Assembly (NCBI RefSeq): GCF_018350175.1
Contig: NC_058369.1
Location: 16,680,001 to 16,740,000 of the forward strand
From: Felis catus
Lineage: Eukaryota
Direction of reading: 5' to 3'
Length of the DNA stretch: 60,000 nucleotides
Positions 37,280-51,000 of this stretch are shown here, one piece after another (the stretch's first letter is position 1; the number at the start of each line of letters is the position of its first letter). The notes under the pieces were generated by a model. That model was not told the DNA's origin. It saw only the letters and a list, made by a program, of their open reading frames with translations, and searched no databases. A program made the position numbers and the translations under genes.

Positions 37280-40200
37280 TAAGTTTATTTATTTTGAGAG
37301 AGAGTTCAGGACCATGAGGGGGAGCAGAGAAAGAGTGAGAGAGAGAGAATTCTAAACAGACTCTGTGCCATCAGTGCAGAGCCGGATGCAGGGCTCAAAC
37401 CCACGAACCATGAGATCATGACCGGAGCCAAAATCAACAGTTGGATGCTTAAACCAACTGAGCCACACAGGTGCGTCTGACAGATAAAATTTTAAGTATT
37501 TTATTTTACTATTTTTTTAATCAATTGAATGTAATTTTTTTAATGTTTATTGATTTTGGGAGAAAGGGTGCATGCATGAGCGGGGGAGGGACAGAGAGAG
37601 AGAGAGAGATGGAGAGAGAATCCTAAGTGGGCTCCATGCCTAGCACAGAGCCCAACTTAGGGCTCAATGTCACGACTGTTAGGTTATGACCTGAGCTGAA
37701 ATCGAGAGTTGGACGCCCAACTGACTGAGCCACCCAGGTGCCCCTAATTTAAAATATTTTATTTTTATTTTTATAATGTTTATTTATTTTTGAGAGACAG
37801 AGAGAGACAGCATGAGCAGGGGAGGGGCAGAAAGAGAGGGAGACATAGAACATGAAGCAGGCTCCAGGCTCTGAGCTGTCAGCACAGAGCACGACGCGGG
37901 GCTTGAACTCACGAGCCATGAGATCATGAACTGAGCCGAAGTTGGTCGCCCAACTGACTGAGCCACCCAGGTGCCCCTAAAATTTGTTAAAATACTGTTT
38001 ATTTATTCTTCATCTCATCCTTTAAAAACATCTGTTTTCAGGTATATTTAGGTATAGATGATATGTCAGCACAGCATGAGTATATATTATTTAAGCTGTG
38101 TAAACATGTAATAAGAAATTGTACATTCAAAGAAGGTGTGGGCAGAAGAGACAAAAAAGTACTTGGCTCTGGGGGCGCCTGGAGCTTCTGGGCGGGGGGC
38201 ATGAGAGCCACCGTCACCAGCCCTTCCCTGTCCCCAGATCCTTGGAGGCTTTGCCTTCTGGAATAGTGTGTGACAGTTGCTCTGTAGGGTGTGAGCAGAG
38301 TGGCCTCAAGAATTTGGAGGTGCCCTCTGAGAAGTAAATGAGCAAGGTACGTGTCTCACTGTGACATGATCCACCTGGCCTGCAGAAATAAAACAGATGA
38401 CATCTAGAGATGTCCCCACTGATAACCACCTGGAAAAAGGTTGTGATTTAGCAAGATAAAGCCCAGTAACCTCTGGTGTGCCCTGCTGAAAGGACATTGG
38501 GACCAAGCCAGGAATGTGAACAAAGATGTGGTTTCTGAACCTCTGGCCTCAGAGTCAGGATGGTTACTCATTAAAATGCAGGTTCTGAGCCTTGCTCCAG
38601 ATCCCCTGAGTTAAACCAGCAGTCCGGGCCTGGGAACCTGTGTTTGACTAGCCCTCCCAGAGGAGTTCTCTGAATACTCAAGCTTGAGGGTCCCTGGCCC
38701 ACAGTGCAGGTGTGGGCAGTGTCTGCCACTGTGACAAGGGCACCAGGTCAGGGTAACCAGGTGAGCACCCTCCTCACAGGAAGGTCCCTGCTTTCTGAGC
38801 CTGAGGGCCCCCCATACCACCTGGCTTAGGGGATGAGATTTTGCCAGGCCAGCATTGGGTGTTGAGGGTTTGGCATAAGGAATGGTCCTAGTGACAATGA
38901 ATCCCCAGGCTCTCTGGTATCCATTTTCTCTTTCCTTCCTCAGTTTCCTGTGTCTTGACCAGCACCCTCATGTCAGTCAGACTACCCTGGGTAGTAAGGA
39001 GACCACACCAGGATCTCGGGGCCTTGTGGGGGACGCCAGCTGCCCATCTTCCTGGGGAAGCCTCTATAAGCCCAAGGCCTGCTTCTCCACTGGGAGAAAT
39101 ACCTAGGTCTGAGATAACAAAATAATGGGGGGCCCACAGGCAGAAGCTGACTGACAGGGAAGGACCCTGTGATTCCCAGGGCTGACTAGAGCCACGTGAT
39201 GACCCAGGGGTGAAGACTGCACCCCAACATGCCCTGCGGCCCCCTCCCATCTGAGTCCTCCAGTACCCAGGGCTGCCCCATTTAGCGCAGGATATTCAGC
39301 TCCCACAGCCGCCCCCCCACCCCACTATCTTCCCATCATATTTACCTTGTTTCTCCCGGAGTGACTTCTGGAAATTTAGTGCCTCCTTGGTCACGTCCAT
39401 CTCCCGTTTGATGGCATTGATGCGCTGTGTGGTCTCGCTGGCCCTTTTCCTCCGCTCGTTCAAGATGGATTTGTTCTCTTTGAAGATGCGGTTGATTTCA
39501 CTGCCTCGCTCGTTCTTAAAGTCCTCGAAGGCCACAGGTTTGGGGGGTGGGGTACTGGGCCTAAAGACAGAGGGGGAGGGGAAGGAGAAAGTGGGGCAGG
39601 GTCTTAGAGCCTAGAGGCACTTGGCCTCTCTTCGCCGGGGCTTCTGTGGGCAGAAGGCTGAAACTCCCAGGCACCACCTATCCTGCACTGGAGCTACCCT
39701 GTGTGGGAACCGCTCACCTGTGTCTGTCTCACTCAGCAAGCAAGGACACATGACCATTGCAGAAAGTGAGGACAGCAAGGAAAAGTGTAAAAAACAGAAA
39801 ACAAAGCAAAAAACCACTCACTGCCTATTAGCAATTACACTTTGGTGTCTCTACTTCAGGGATCTCTTCGTTAATTTTTTTAATGTTTGAGGAGCACTTG
39901 GGTGGCTCAGTCGGTTGAGCATCTGACTCTTGATTTCGGCTCAGGTCATGATCCCAGGCTCGTGGGATCAAGCCTCATCTCGGGCTCCGTGCTGAGCATG
40001 GAGCCTGCTTGGGATTCTCTCTCACCCTCTGCTCCTCTCCCCCACTCACACATGTTCTCTCCCTCTCTCTCTAAAATAAAAATAAATAAATAATTAAAGT
40101 TTTTTAATGTTTGAGGTCACACAGTAGATTGTAATTTTACATCTTACGTCATTCACAGAACCATTCTTTCGTGTTATAAGGAGCCCCGAGAACTCTGGTT

Positions 40201-43200
40201 AACAAGATATAATTTGAAGTGCTGGGGCAGGGAGAAGCAGATCGTCTGCAACTTCCTATGAAATGCATCGAAAAAATAAGAGGGATTGGGGTGACTGGGT
40301 GGCTCAGTGAGTTAGGCGTCCGACTTCAGCTCAGGTCATGATCTCGTGGTCCATGAGTTTGAGCGCTACGTCAGGCTCTGTGCTGACAGCTCAGAGACAG
40401 GAGCCTGCTTTGGATTCTGTGTCTCCCTCTCTCTCTGCCCCTCCCCTGCTCACGCTCTGTCTCTCTCACCCTCAAAAATGCATAAATGTTAAAAAAAATT
40501 TTTTTTTAAATAAGAGGGATGGAGAGAAAGATGGATGTGTGATGAAATAGGTATAGTAATATGTTAAATGTAGACTCAAGACAGTATTCACTGTCCAGTA
40601 CTTCCAACTTCTGAGTGCTTAGAACTGTTCACCTGCTGGGGAAAAAATTCTTCATGCACATCCTTGTACATCCCAAGGGCAGAGATAATAACTCACTTAG
40701 TGCCTTTGCCATCACATTAGCTCCTGAAGGTATTTCACAAAAAAACTGTTGTCACCTTTTTAAATTGATGATGCAATGAACATCTGTTTGCACAAATCTT
40801 TGTGCACATCTCTAATTATTTCCTCAGGACAGATTACTGAACACTCAATGACTGACTTACCGGGGAGAGAAACTGGGTAGCCAGGGGAAGGGGTCTCATA
40901 CCTTGAGAATTTGGTGCCTTTTTTTTTCTTTGTCTTTAAGTAGGCTTCAAACCCAGCATGGAGCCCAACATGGGGCTTGAACTCATGACCCTGAGATCAA
41001 GACCTGAGCTGAGATCATGAGTCAGACACTGACTGAGCCACCCAAGCACCCTGAGGGGCCTTTTAAATGCATTAGTTATTAAAAAAAAAAAAAAATTTTT
41101 TTTAATGCTTATTTATTTTCTAGAGAGACAGAGCACGAGCAGGGGAGTGGTAGAGAGCAAGAGGGACAGAGCAACCGAGCGGGCTCTGCAGTGATAGCAG
41201 AGAGCCTGACGTGGGGCTCAAACTCACAAACCATGAAATCATGACTTGAGCTGAAGTCGGACGCTCAACTGACTGAGCCACCCAGGTGCCCCTAACAATT
41301 TTTATTTAAATAATGGCTATTTGAAGGGTCTAAAATGATTCCATGTGTAACTGCGTATCTTGGAGGAGTCCTGAGGTGGGACCATTTTGCATGTGTATAA
41401 GCCATCATGTTACTTCTTTGTTTTTTTTTGTTGTTGTTGTTACTTCTTTTTGGATTGTACTCCTAGTCTTTGCCTGTTATCCCCTGTTTTATCTCATGTA
41501 TCTACAGGCACTATTCACATGTTGAGGATCACATTCTGGTTTTGAAAGATCTGGAGCAGGAACTACCATTAGAGGGTCACCTGGGTGGGCGTAATTCCTC
41601 CTTTGGGGAGTCCGAAGGAAGGGGCTCAGTGCTGGAGGTCTCCCGTTCCCGTATAGTCATGTCTTTGACATCCCCCTCCTTGGAGGATGGGGTCAGCTGG
41701 GTCTTGGACGTAGAGACATCCAACTCCTTGCCACTCACAGGGCTGCTGGCACCTTCCTTTCTTGCTGAGGAGCTAGAAGGAGAAGGCAGGGAGACCCCAG
41801 GCTTAGTCATGGGCAGTAAGGTGTCTCTGGTGCTGAGAAGAGTGACCTGTCCAAACCCTCTTATATCAGAAGCCCCATCCTACTCAGTCTTATTTAGATC
41901 ATACATGTGGGCCCAAACACAAAGAGTAAGACCCTATGGATAGGAAGAGGAGAGCATTCTTCTCCTCCTCATCAGAATAAGTAGCCCTCCCTTCAGCAGC
42001 CTCAGCAGGAGACGCCTGGGAAAATGGCAGTCTCTAGGTCTGGAAGCAGGTGCACCTGTGGGGTGGGCCACAGGCTCCCGGGAATATCCTGGCCATTGAG
42101 GCACTTATCACACAGGCACCCCTGGGAAGGAGTGGCAGAGCCCCCGTCCAGGTTAGGTCTGGGGACCGAAGGTAAAGCAAGACATGTCTGCCCTGATGCC
42201 TTGACCAGCCCATGAGTTCTGCATTCTCCCACCTACATGGGTGCCCGCACCAGCTCCCAGGAAGGTAGCTGCCCTTCCCCTCCAAGTGATGGTGCCCAGG
42301 GTCCTCCTTCTCAGAGAGGCACGTCTGAGCAGGCCTGAATCATCAGGAGGATGCGAGGGGCCTCGGCAACCCCCGCTACCTGACTCCTGTCCTGCATGTG
42401 ATGGTTTTGCACAATCAGCTTTGGACTGTGTCCTTTACCAAGTGATAGTAACAACAACAACACATTCCCACTGTGTACTTTCTAGGTACGGGGACTGCAT
42501 TCACCCACATCTTCACAACCCCCGTGATTTTGATGCTACTATTATGAGTCCCAGCTTACGGACCAGAAAATGGAAGCACAGAGAGGCTGTCATGCCTCAC
42601 ACAAGGGTGAAAGGCGCTTCTTAGAGCCTATGCTCTTTGTCCACTGCTACAGGCATCTCCCAGGGAGAGTATCTCTTTAAGTGAGCCTTGCATACACAAA
42701 TGATCCTTGCCTGAAAGGTGAACTGTGGTTTTTAGGTGACATGAGCACCAGGCAGCTGGGTCACAGGTGGTTTCTGCGTGCAGTACTAGAGTGGGGAGTG
42801 GGGAGTGCTAGTCTGGCCTCTCTTCTACTCTACCACTCATCAGTGGTGTGGCCTTGGACCACACCCCTGGGCCTTGGTTTCCACATCAGTAAAATGGAGA
42901 CATTAATGCCCACCTCATGGGGTCGCTGTGTGGACAAGAGGTAACCAGCCCAACCTGAGTCCCGCGGATACTGCTAGTACTGGCAGTAATGGGAGCAACT
43001 GTGACCAGCCAGTAGCTAAGACACTAGCTTAGCTACTCTCTTCTTTCACCAGCCAAGGAGGGCCAGGTGTTGAGCAGGTAGAGCAGCAGGAAGGTTACTC
43101 ACCTGAGCTGCTCTTTGAATGTCTTCTTGGACTTGGATTTCTTCCCAGGTTTGGCAGAGAAAGGGGTGACCCCGAGTCCGAAGCCTTGTCCATCAGGCTC

Positions 43201-44283
43201 ACCTACTAGGTGGCCATCAACGTCCACAAGCCCTGCCTGGAAGAGGCCAGCCACAGGGCAAGGAGTTAGTTGAAGGGTTCTGGCCCGTGGGGGACCCAAG
43301 TGCATGCATGCTCTGGTGGGCACGTTGACCCCACACACCAAGATAGCTGTCGCCAGTGCCGCTGACTTCAGGCTGCCCCCAACAGCACTATCTCTGGCCA
43401 TTCTACCAAATGTCCACTTTCCACATCAACACCACGCCATACCGAGAATCTCGAGTCCTGTTGCCAACGTGACTCCAGGAACTGGTCTTGTCTGTGGTCA
43501 TGTCTCTAATTTTGGAGACCATTTTGAATTCCTATATGGCAGACTCTTGCAAGGGTCACACTCATCCTGGTGTTACCTTTACCTGTTGCAACCCTAGATC
43601 TGCTTTAATGTGGAACACTTGCTGCTTCTGAAAAGGTCTGGGGATGGAAACATTTGACATGAATTCTGTCAACAAGAAGCAACCATGCATACCTTCTGGA
43701 CCGCAGAAATGGCTGCAAAGTCATTCTTATCTATGAGGGTATACTTCCTGCGCAAAGCAGATTCCACTTCCTGTTCCTGTTGGCTTGAGAGAGAGAATGA
43801 GAGAACACCTGACACCTGGGGCCATGCTGAACCCTCTGGAGCAAGAACCAAGTACTGGAGGTAGAACTCATGTGGGTGTGGCCCCCCTCTGATGGAACCA
43901 CACCCTCCTCATGAACCAGACCAGACAAAACAAGTTCATGCCACATCCCGATTTCTCAGTGCACACATCTATTGTCCAGCCTCCCAAATTTGTAATGGCC
44001 ACCCTTGCTTGCCAGGCACTTCTGCTCCAAGATAACTTTAACAAGGACTGTAAGCCTGCCTCAGGACCATGCTTTCCTAGGTGCTATCTTTAAAGGCCCT
44101 TTGGGGGGTGCCTGGGTGGCTCACTTGGTTAAGTGTCCGACTTCAGCTCACGTCATGATCTCACGGTCCGTGAGTTCAAGCCTCACATCGAGCTCTGTGT
44201 GACAGCTCAGAGCCTGGAGCCTGTTTCGGATTCTGTGTCTCTGTCTCTTGCTGCCCCTCCACCACTCAAGCTCCCTCTCTCTT

Positions 44284-44324
<41 letters not shown>

Positions 44325-47300
44325 AATAAACATTTAAAAATTATTTAAAAAGGGCCCTTTGGAATCACGTGACCCACTTCTGTGATCCACCCAGCATAAG
44401 CCACTCAGTTTACAGGTATGCCTGCACCCATATAAACCACAAATGCCTCTTGAGGTGGGGGTGGGGAGCAGGGAGCATTCACGATGCCCTGCTCTGGCCA
44501 TGCTCAGGGCGCTCAGGGCCGGCACTCCATAAAGACCTCCTGTTGAGTTAATGAACTCAAGAAACATCTACCAGGGACTACCAGGGACTCCTCTCTGTGT
44601 TGTCCTTAAATGGATGTCTGTCCTCCCCGCTTCCCCCAGGGGAAGGGAAGGGCTGGAGGATTTGAGAGCTCAGGGGCCTGGGCACACCCCAAGAACTCTG
44701 ATCTGGCTCTTCACCCATGAGAGACAAGGCAGTGCACTTAAAGGCCATGCCCTGACCACGGGAAATGAAAATGGCAGCCTGATGTAGGAATCCAGTGGGT
44801 GGGGAGGGTCCCTTACCTCAGAACCACCCGGAACTGGTTGAACACCTCCTGGATCTGTCTGAGGTTGATTATCTGGAGGGAAGAGAGCAAGGCAGAGGTT
44901 AGGCCTCTGGCAGCACAGCACAGGGTGTGTCTCTGTTCATAGAGAAACCAGGACTCCTTGACTAACCCTTTGATCCTCTGTCTTGAGAATGGCATATCTG
45001 TTTTCCTCAAGAACAAAGAAACAATTGGTTAATAGTTTTCAAGCTAAGTATTTATTGAGGCTATAAAAATGACCTTTTCTAAGGGAAGATCTCTGTAAAA
45101 TTAGAATGTCTCTAGTACTTGAAAATACTAAGAAAAAACATTTTAATAAAATGTATTGTCCTCAGCTCTCTCCTGTTGCTGAAAGGTTCTGTTATGAACT
45201 TTTGTGTGGTTACAGACACATATACATCTATGGCTGGGGGAAGGCTACTGGCTTCCCTCTCGGCCCTAGGGACCACAAGCATTACCCCTGAGGGTCAGTC
45301 TAGGACTAGCACTGTTACAATGCCAGAAGGGCCTGCCCCTCCATTGTCTGAGGCCTGCCAGTTATAGCTGCCACAGTGACAGGCTAGGGATGGGGAGGCG
45401 TCTGTCACGTAGCTCCCTGATGAAGGGTTTGCTGGCCTGCACTGTGAAAAAAGAACGCAACCTTCCTCCTGAGGGCCCTTCCCCATGTGGCTGCCGTCTC
45501 TTCCTCCTTGGCCTACTCCAACTCGGGCCCTGGGTGTCTGCCTTGTAAACCAGCATGACCATCATCCTTGAATGGCCTCACCCCACCTGGCACAGCTAAG
45601 CACCTGAGCTCCTACAGCTCAGTTAATTCCAGCTTGCTTTCCCTCCTCACTGTACAAGTGTGGCCACCAAAGTCCACGAGGTTAAGCATTTTGCTGAATC
45701 ACTCAGCAAGGAGGCAGCTGAGATGGGACGTGATTCAGGGCAGCCTAGCTCCAGGGCCTGCACTTGTGATGGACCACCCCCTGTGTGGTCAGGGCCAGTC
45801 AAGGCTTCTGGCCACTCTGTGGGGCACACCCATCCTTGTAACCCTAAACATGGATGCTGAGGCTTCAGTGGGCTGCAGGGCCCGAGGCCAGGGGTCCAGC
45901 ACCACCCACCCGACACCCACTGCACCCACTCAGTGTAAGGTTCTAAGGCCAGCACAGCACAAGTGGGGGTATGCCCAGGATAGGGAGACCCAGGCCACTG
46001 GGCATGGTGGTCCCAAGGAGATGCTCCTTACATCAATCTCGTCCAGTGTCCCCTCCAGGTACCTCCGCACCTGGGAGTTGATCTCAGCAATCTGGATTTC
46101 ATCCATGGGATCGTAGTTCACAAGGGTGCGGTTGGCCTTGGAGGAGGATGAAAAACATGTCAACGAGCTCCAAATACCTGAGCCCGACAGGGGCAGGAGG
46201 GGTCATTCTGAGAATCAAGGTGGAGAGGTTTGGGCACAGGTCCTGGCCACCTAAGCCAGCTCCATTCCCTTCACCATCAGGTCCTGGCCAGGTGCTCGGG
46301 TCACAGAGGGACAACTGGGTCTTGGAGGGAAGGAAAGCCACCTGTCATGAGCTTGCCACTCCAAGCAAAGGGCTCTGCTGGCTGAGTCTCAGGAGACTCT
46401 AGGATGACAGCCATGGGCAGAAGGTGGCTGCCTCTGCCTTGAGACACCCCCCCCCCCCCATGAGCAGGCCCAGGCAAGCCACCAGAGGTCTCCTGTCCCC
46501 ACCCTCTGCCCTCAGGGCTCTATGCTGCTGCCCCTCCCCCACTGCCCAGTAAGCCCCACCTCCTCTGACCTTGACCATCATGCTATCTATCCCTGCCCTA
46601 CCTGCCTGGCACCTGGCCCCCTGCTCCTCATCTTCCTGCCAACTGTCTGCCTCTGCTCCCTGATATCTGACACCCCTGCCCACATCCTCCTGCTCTTCCA
46701 ATTTCCCTGCCCACCGGGCATCCCTGGCTCCTTAGCCCCTCTGACCCCAAAGTCTCCCTGCCTACTTGGCCCTCCTGGGGCCTGTCCACCCAATCCCTCT
46801 GCCCGCCTGGTACTGTGACCGCAGTCCCTCCAGCACTCCGGCCAGCCCCTCACCCAGCCACCTGCCTCCAGCCCCTTACCAGGCTGTCGTGGATGGCCAG
46901 CTCCTGCTTGAGCAGTGCCAGCTCCTTCTCCAGGTTCTTGACCATTCGCTGCCAGGGAAACACAGTTTGGGACGGGGCAGGGAGGACAGTCAGAGAGGCC
47001 ACTCTGCCTCTTCCACATCAAGCCCACAGTTCCCCAACCTGTGGCCGGACATCCATGTGGCCCCTCCTGGTAATCCATGGAGTGTGATCTCAGCATCTGG
47101 ACAATTCCTTCCCCGCCAGTGACTCTTCCCCAACTGGGGTGAGTTTAGGGCCTTCGGGGGCCTCACAAGTCCCTGGCCTCTGCTTCTTTCAGCAGATAGA
47201 GGAGATTTCACAGAGTGAGCACAGGCACCCACAGGGCAACCTCACACCTCAACTTCCAGGAACTTCGGGTTATTTCCAGTCTACCGGGGTGAAGGCCTTC

Positions 47301-48046
47301 TCATTGCAGCCCGCCGCCTCCAGGAGGCTCTCCACGCAGTCGTACCTTTTACCCTCATCCTTCCCAACCACCGCACAAACATGTCACATTCCCTGCTGAT
47401 AATCATGTATGTCACCTCCAAAGTTTTGCTGTTACAAACAAGGCTGCACAACATTTTTGTACTTACATCTGTGTGTCTTTGTAGGTTTCTGTAGGATAGC
47501 ACAGGCTCTTTGTGATCTGCCCCCATTAACTCTTCCCTACCGTTCTCCTCCAAGCTCATTCCACTCCTACCAAATTGGCACACCCCCGCCTCTGCACTGC
47601 CTGTCCCCGCTGCCCAGGACACTCTTCCCCCAGGTGTTGCCCTGGCACACCCCCACACCTCCTTCAAGTCTTTGTTCAAGAGCTCCTAAATTAGGCACCT
47701 TTCAATCACTCGATGTAAAACTGCAGTTTTACACACTCCCCACTCCCACACCACTCTTTTTTCAAATCTTGCTCTAAATTTTTTTATAGCACCTATCACC
47801 AACACACCCTAGAGCAGTGCTGTTTGACAGTACTTCCCGTAATGATGGAAATGTTCTATATCTGTGCCCTGAGTTACACGTAGCTACTGAACCCTGGAAA
47901 TGTCATTAGGGTGACCAAGGAAGTGAACTTTTAATTTTATGTAACTAATTTAAATAACCCCAAGCGAGTAGCAGCTACTATACTGGATGGTGGAGCTCTA
48001 GAACTTACCTATTTCTTTTTTTTTTAATATTTTTATTTTTTAATTT

Positions 48047-48077
<31 letters not shown>

Positions 48078-51000
48078 TTTTTTAACGTTTATTTTTGAGA
48101 CAGAGAGAGACAGAGCATGAACAGGGGAGGGGCAGAGAGAGAGGGAAACACAGAATCTGAAACGGGCTCCAGGCTCTGAGCTGGCAGCACAGAGCCCGAC
48201 GCGGGGCTCGAACTCACAGACCGTGAGATCGTGACCTGAGCTGAAGTTGGACATTTAACCGACTGAGCCACCCAGGCGTCCCTTTTTTTAACTTGTTTTT
48301 AAATTTATTTATTTATTTTGAGAGAGAGAGAGAGCAGGGGGAGAGAGAGAGGAAGAGAGAGAATCCCAAGCAGGCTCCACGCGGTCAGTGCAGAGCGCAA
48401 TGTGGGGCTCCAACTCACAAACCATGAGATCATAACCTGAGCTGAAATCGAGAGTCAGATGCTCAACCAACTGAGCCACCCAGGCACCCCTTTAAACATT
48501 TTTTAAAGAAAAATTGTAGGCATGCATACCTCATTTCATTGTTCTTTGCTTTACTGAGCTTCTCAGATACTGTTTTTTATAGATTGAAGATTTGTGGCAA
48601 CCCTGAATCAGGCAAGTCTATCGGCACTATTTTTCCACAACATTTGTTCACTTCCTGTCTCTGTGTTACATTTGGTAACTTCTGCAGTATTTCAAATTTT
48701 TCATTATTATTTTATTTGTTATATTATCTGTGATCAGGGGTTATGAGTCACTGAAAGCTCAGACTTGGGGTGAAGTAGGCTCCATGCCTAGCATGGAGCC
48801 TGACACGGGGCTTGAATTCATGACCCTGAGATCAAGACCTCAGCTGAGATCAAGAGTCAGACACTGAACTGACTGAGCCACCCAGGTGTCCCAGCAATAA
48901 AGTATTTTTAAATATACTTTAAATATACTTTAATATACTTATTAAAAAATAAGGTAGGTGCATTGTTTTTTTAGACATAATGCTATTGCACACTTAACAG
49001 ACTACAGTATAGGGGTGCTGGGTAGCTCAGTCAGTTAAGCATCCAACACTTGATTTCAACTCAGGTCATGACATCACAGTTTGTGAGATTGAGTCCTGCA
49101 TCAGACTCCATGCTGACAGTTCCAGAGGCTCCATGGGATTCTCTCTCCCCGTCTCTCTTTGCCCCGCCCCACACTACTGTATAGCATAAAAGTAACTTTT
49201 ACAGGCACTGGGAAACCACAAAACTCATTTGACTTGCTTTATTGTGATATTCACTATATTACAGTAGTCTAGAACTGAACCCACAATATCTCTGGAGGTA
49301 TGCCTGAATATTTGAGGTGTACAACATGATATACACATACATAGTAAAATGATTACTATAGTCAAGTTAGCTAACATATCTATCTCCTCACCTAGGGACA
49401 ATTTTTTGTGTGTGGTTAAGAGCATCTGAGATCTACTTTCCCAGCAAAGCTCAGATGATGGTTAGCATTTTTGAGCAATAAAGCATTTTTTAAATACAGT
49501 ATACGATATGGTATTATTTTTTGAAAAAATGTTTAATGTTTATTTTTGAGGGAAAGAGACAAAGCACGAGCAAGGGAGGGGCAGAGAGAGGGGGAGATAC
49601 AGAATCCGAAGCAGGCACCAGGCTCTGAGCTGTCAGCACAGAGCTCAATGTGGGGCTTGAACTCACAGAGTGCAAGATCATGACCTGAGCTGAAGTCGGA
49701 CGCTCAACCGACTGAGCCACCCAGGTACCCCTACAATATGGTATTATTAACTATGGTCACCATGCTGTACTGAACTGGGGATAAGATCCCCAGAACTTAT
49801 CCATCCTATAAATGAAAATTTGTGTACTTTGACCAACATTTCCCCTTTCCTCAGCCCCTACCCCCACTCTTGGTAACCACCACTCTACTCCCTGTTTCTG
49901 TGAATTTGACTTTTTAGGTTCCACATGTAAGTGAGATCTTGCAGTATTTTTCCTTCTGTATCTGGTTTATTTCACTTGGAATAATGTCTTCTAAGTTCAT
50001 CAATGTTGTTGCAAATGGCAGGATCTAGATTCACTTCTTTTATTTTTTTTAAGTTTATTTATTTAAGTAATCTCTACACCGAATCTGGGGCTCAAACTCA
50101 CAAATCCGAGAGTAAGAATTACATGCTCTCCCTGGGGCTCCTGGGTGGCTTAGTCAGTTGAACGTCGGACTTCAGCTCAGGTCATGATCTCACAGTTGGT
50201 GAGTTCGGGCCCCGCATCGGGCTCTGTGCTGACAGCTCAGAGCCTGGAGCCTGCTTCCGATTCTGTGTCTCCCTCTCTCTCTGCCCCTCCCCCACACACG
50301 CTCTGTCTCTCTCTGCCTCTCAGAAATAAAGAAAACTAATAAAAAAAATTTTTTTTAAATAGAATTATATGCTCTCCCGACTAAGCCAGCCAGGCTCATT
50401 TATTTCTTATATTTATCGTATCTCTCTCTCCCACCCCCAGTAGTCAGCTCTTTGAGGACACAGATTTGTGTTTTTTGTATATTAACACACTCCAGGTGCT
50501 TCAAAAAGTGCCTGGCACATGGTAAGTGCTCTATAGATTTTAGGTGAATGGATAAATGACATATTTCTAGAAACAGAATTGCTGAGTCATTTTACATTTG
50601 ATGGATACTGTCCTGTTGTCTTTCAAATGAGAGGCACAAGGGATTTTATGCTGAGAACCTTCTCTGTGAACAGGGCGTTCTTCAGTTGTCAAAAAATGGC
50701 CACTGGAGGGAGCCCCTGACAACTGGATCCTGGTACTGGTGACCAGGGCTGTGATCAGTCTGCAGCGAGAGGTGACAGAACCCTGGCATTCTGGTGTCTT
50801 TGTGGCAATTCAGGGCACAAAGCCTAAGACTCAAAGCACATGACCAGGGTCCAAATCCCGGCTCTGCCCCTCTGGGAAGCCCCAAGAGGTTCTCCTTCAG
50901 CCCCAAGAGGTCAACGGGAGAGGCTTGGTGGCCAAGCCCCTCCCCTCAGCTGAGGGATCTCAGTTCTAAAAAATACATCATGCCGCCGCTAGGGAAAGTC

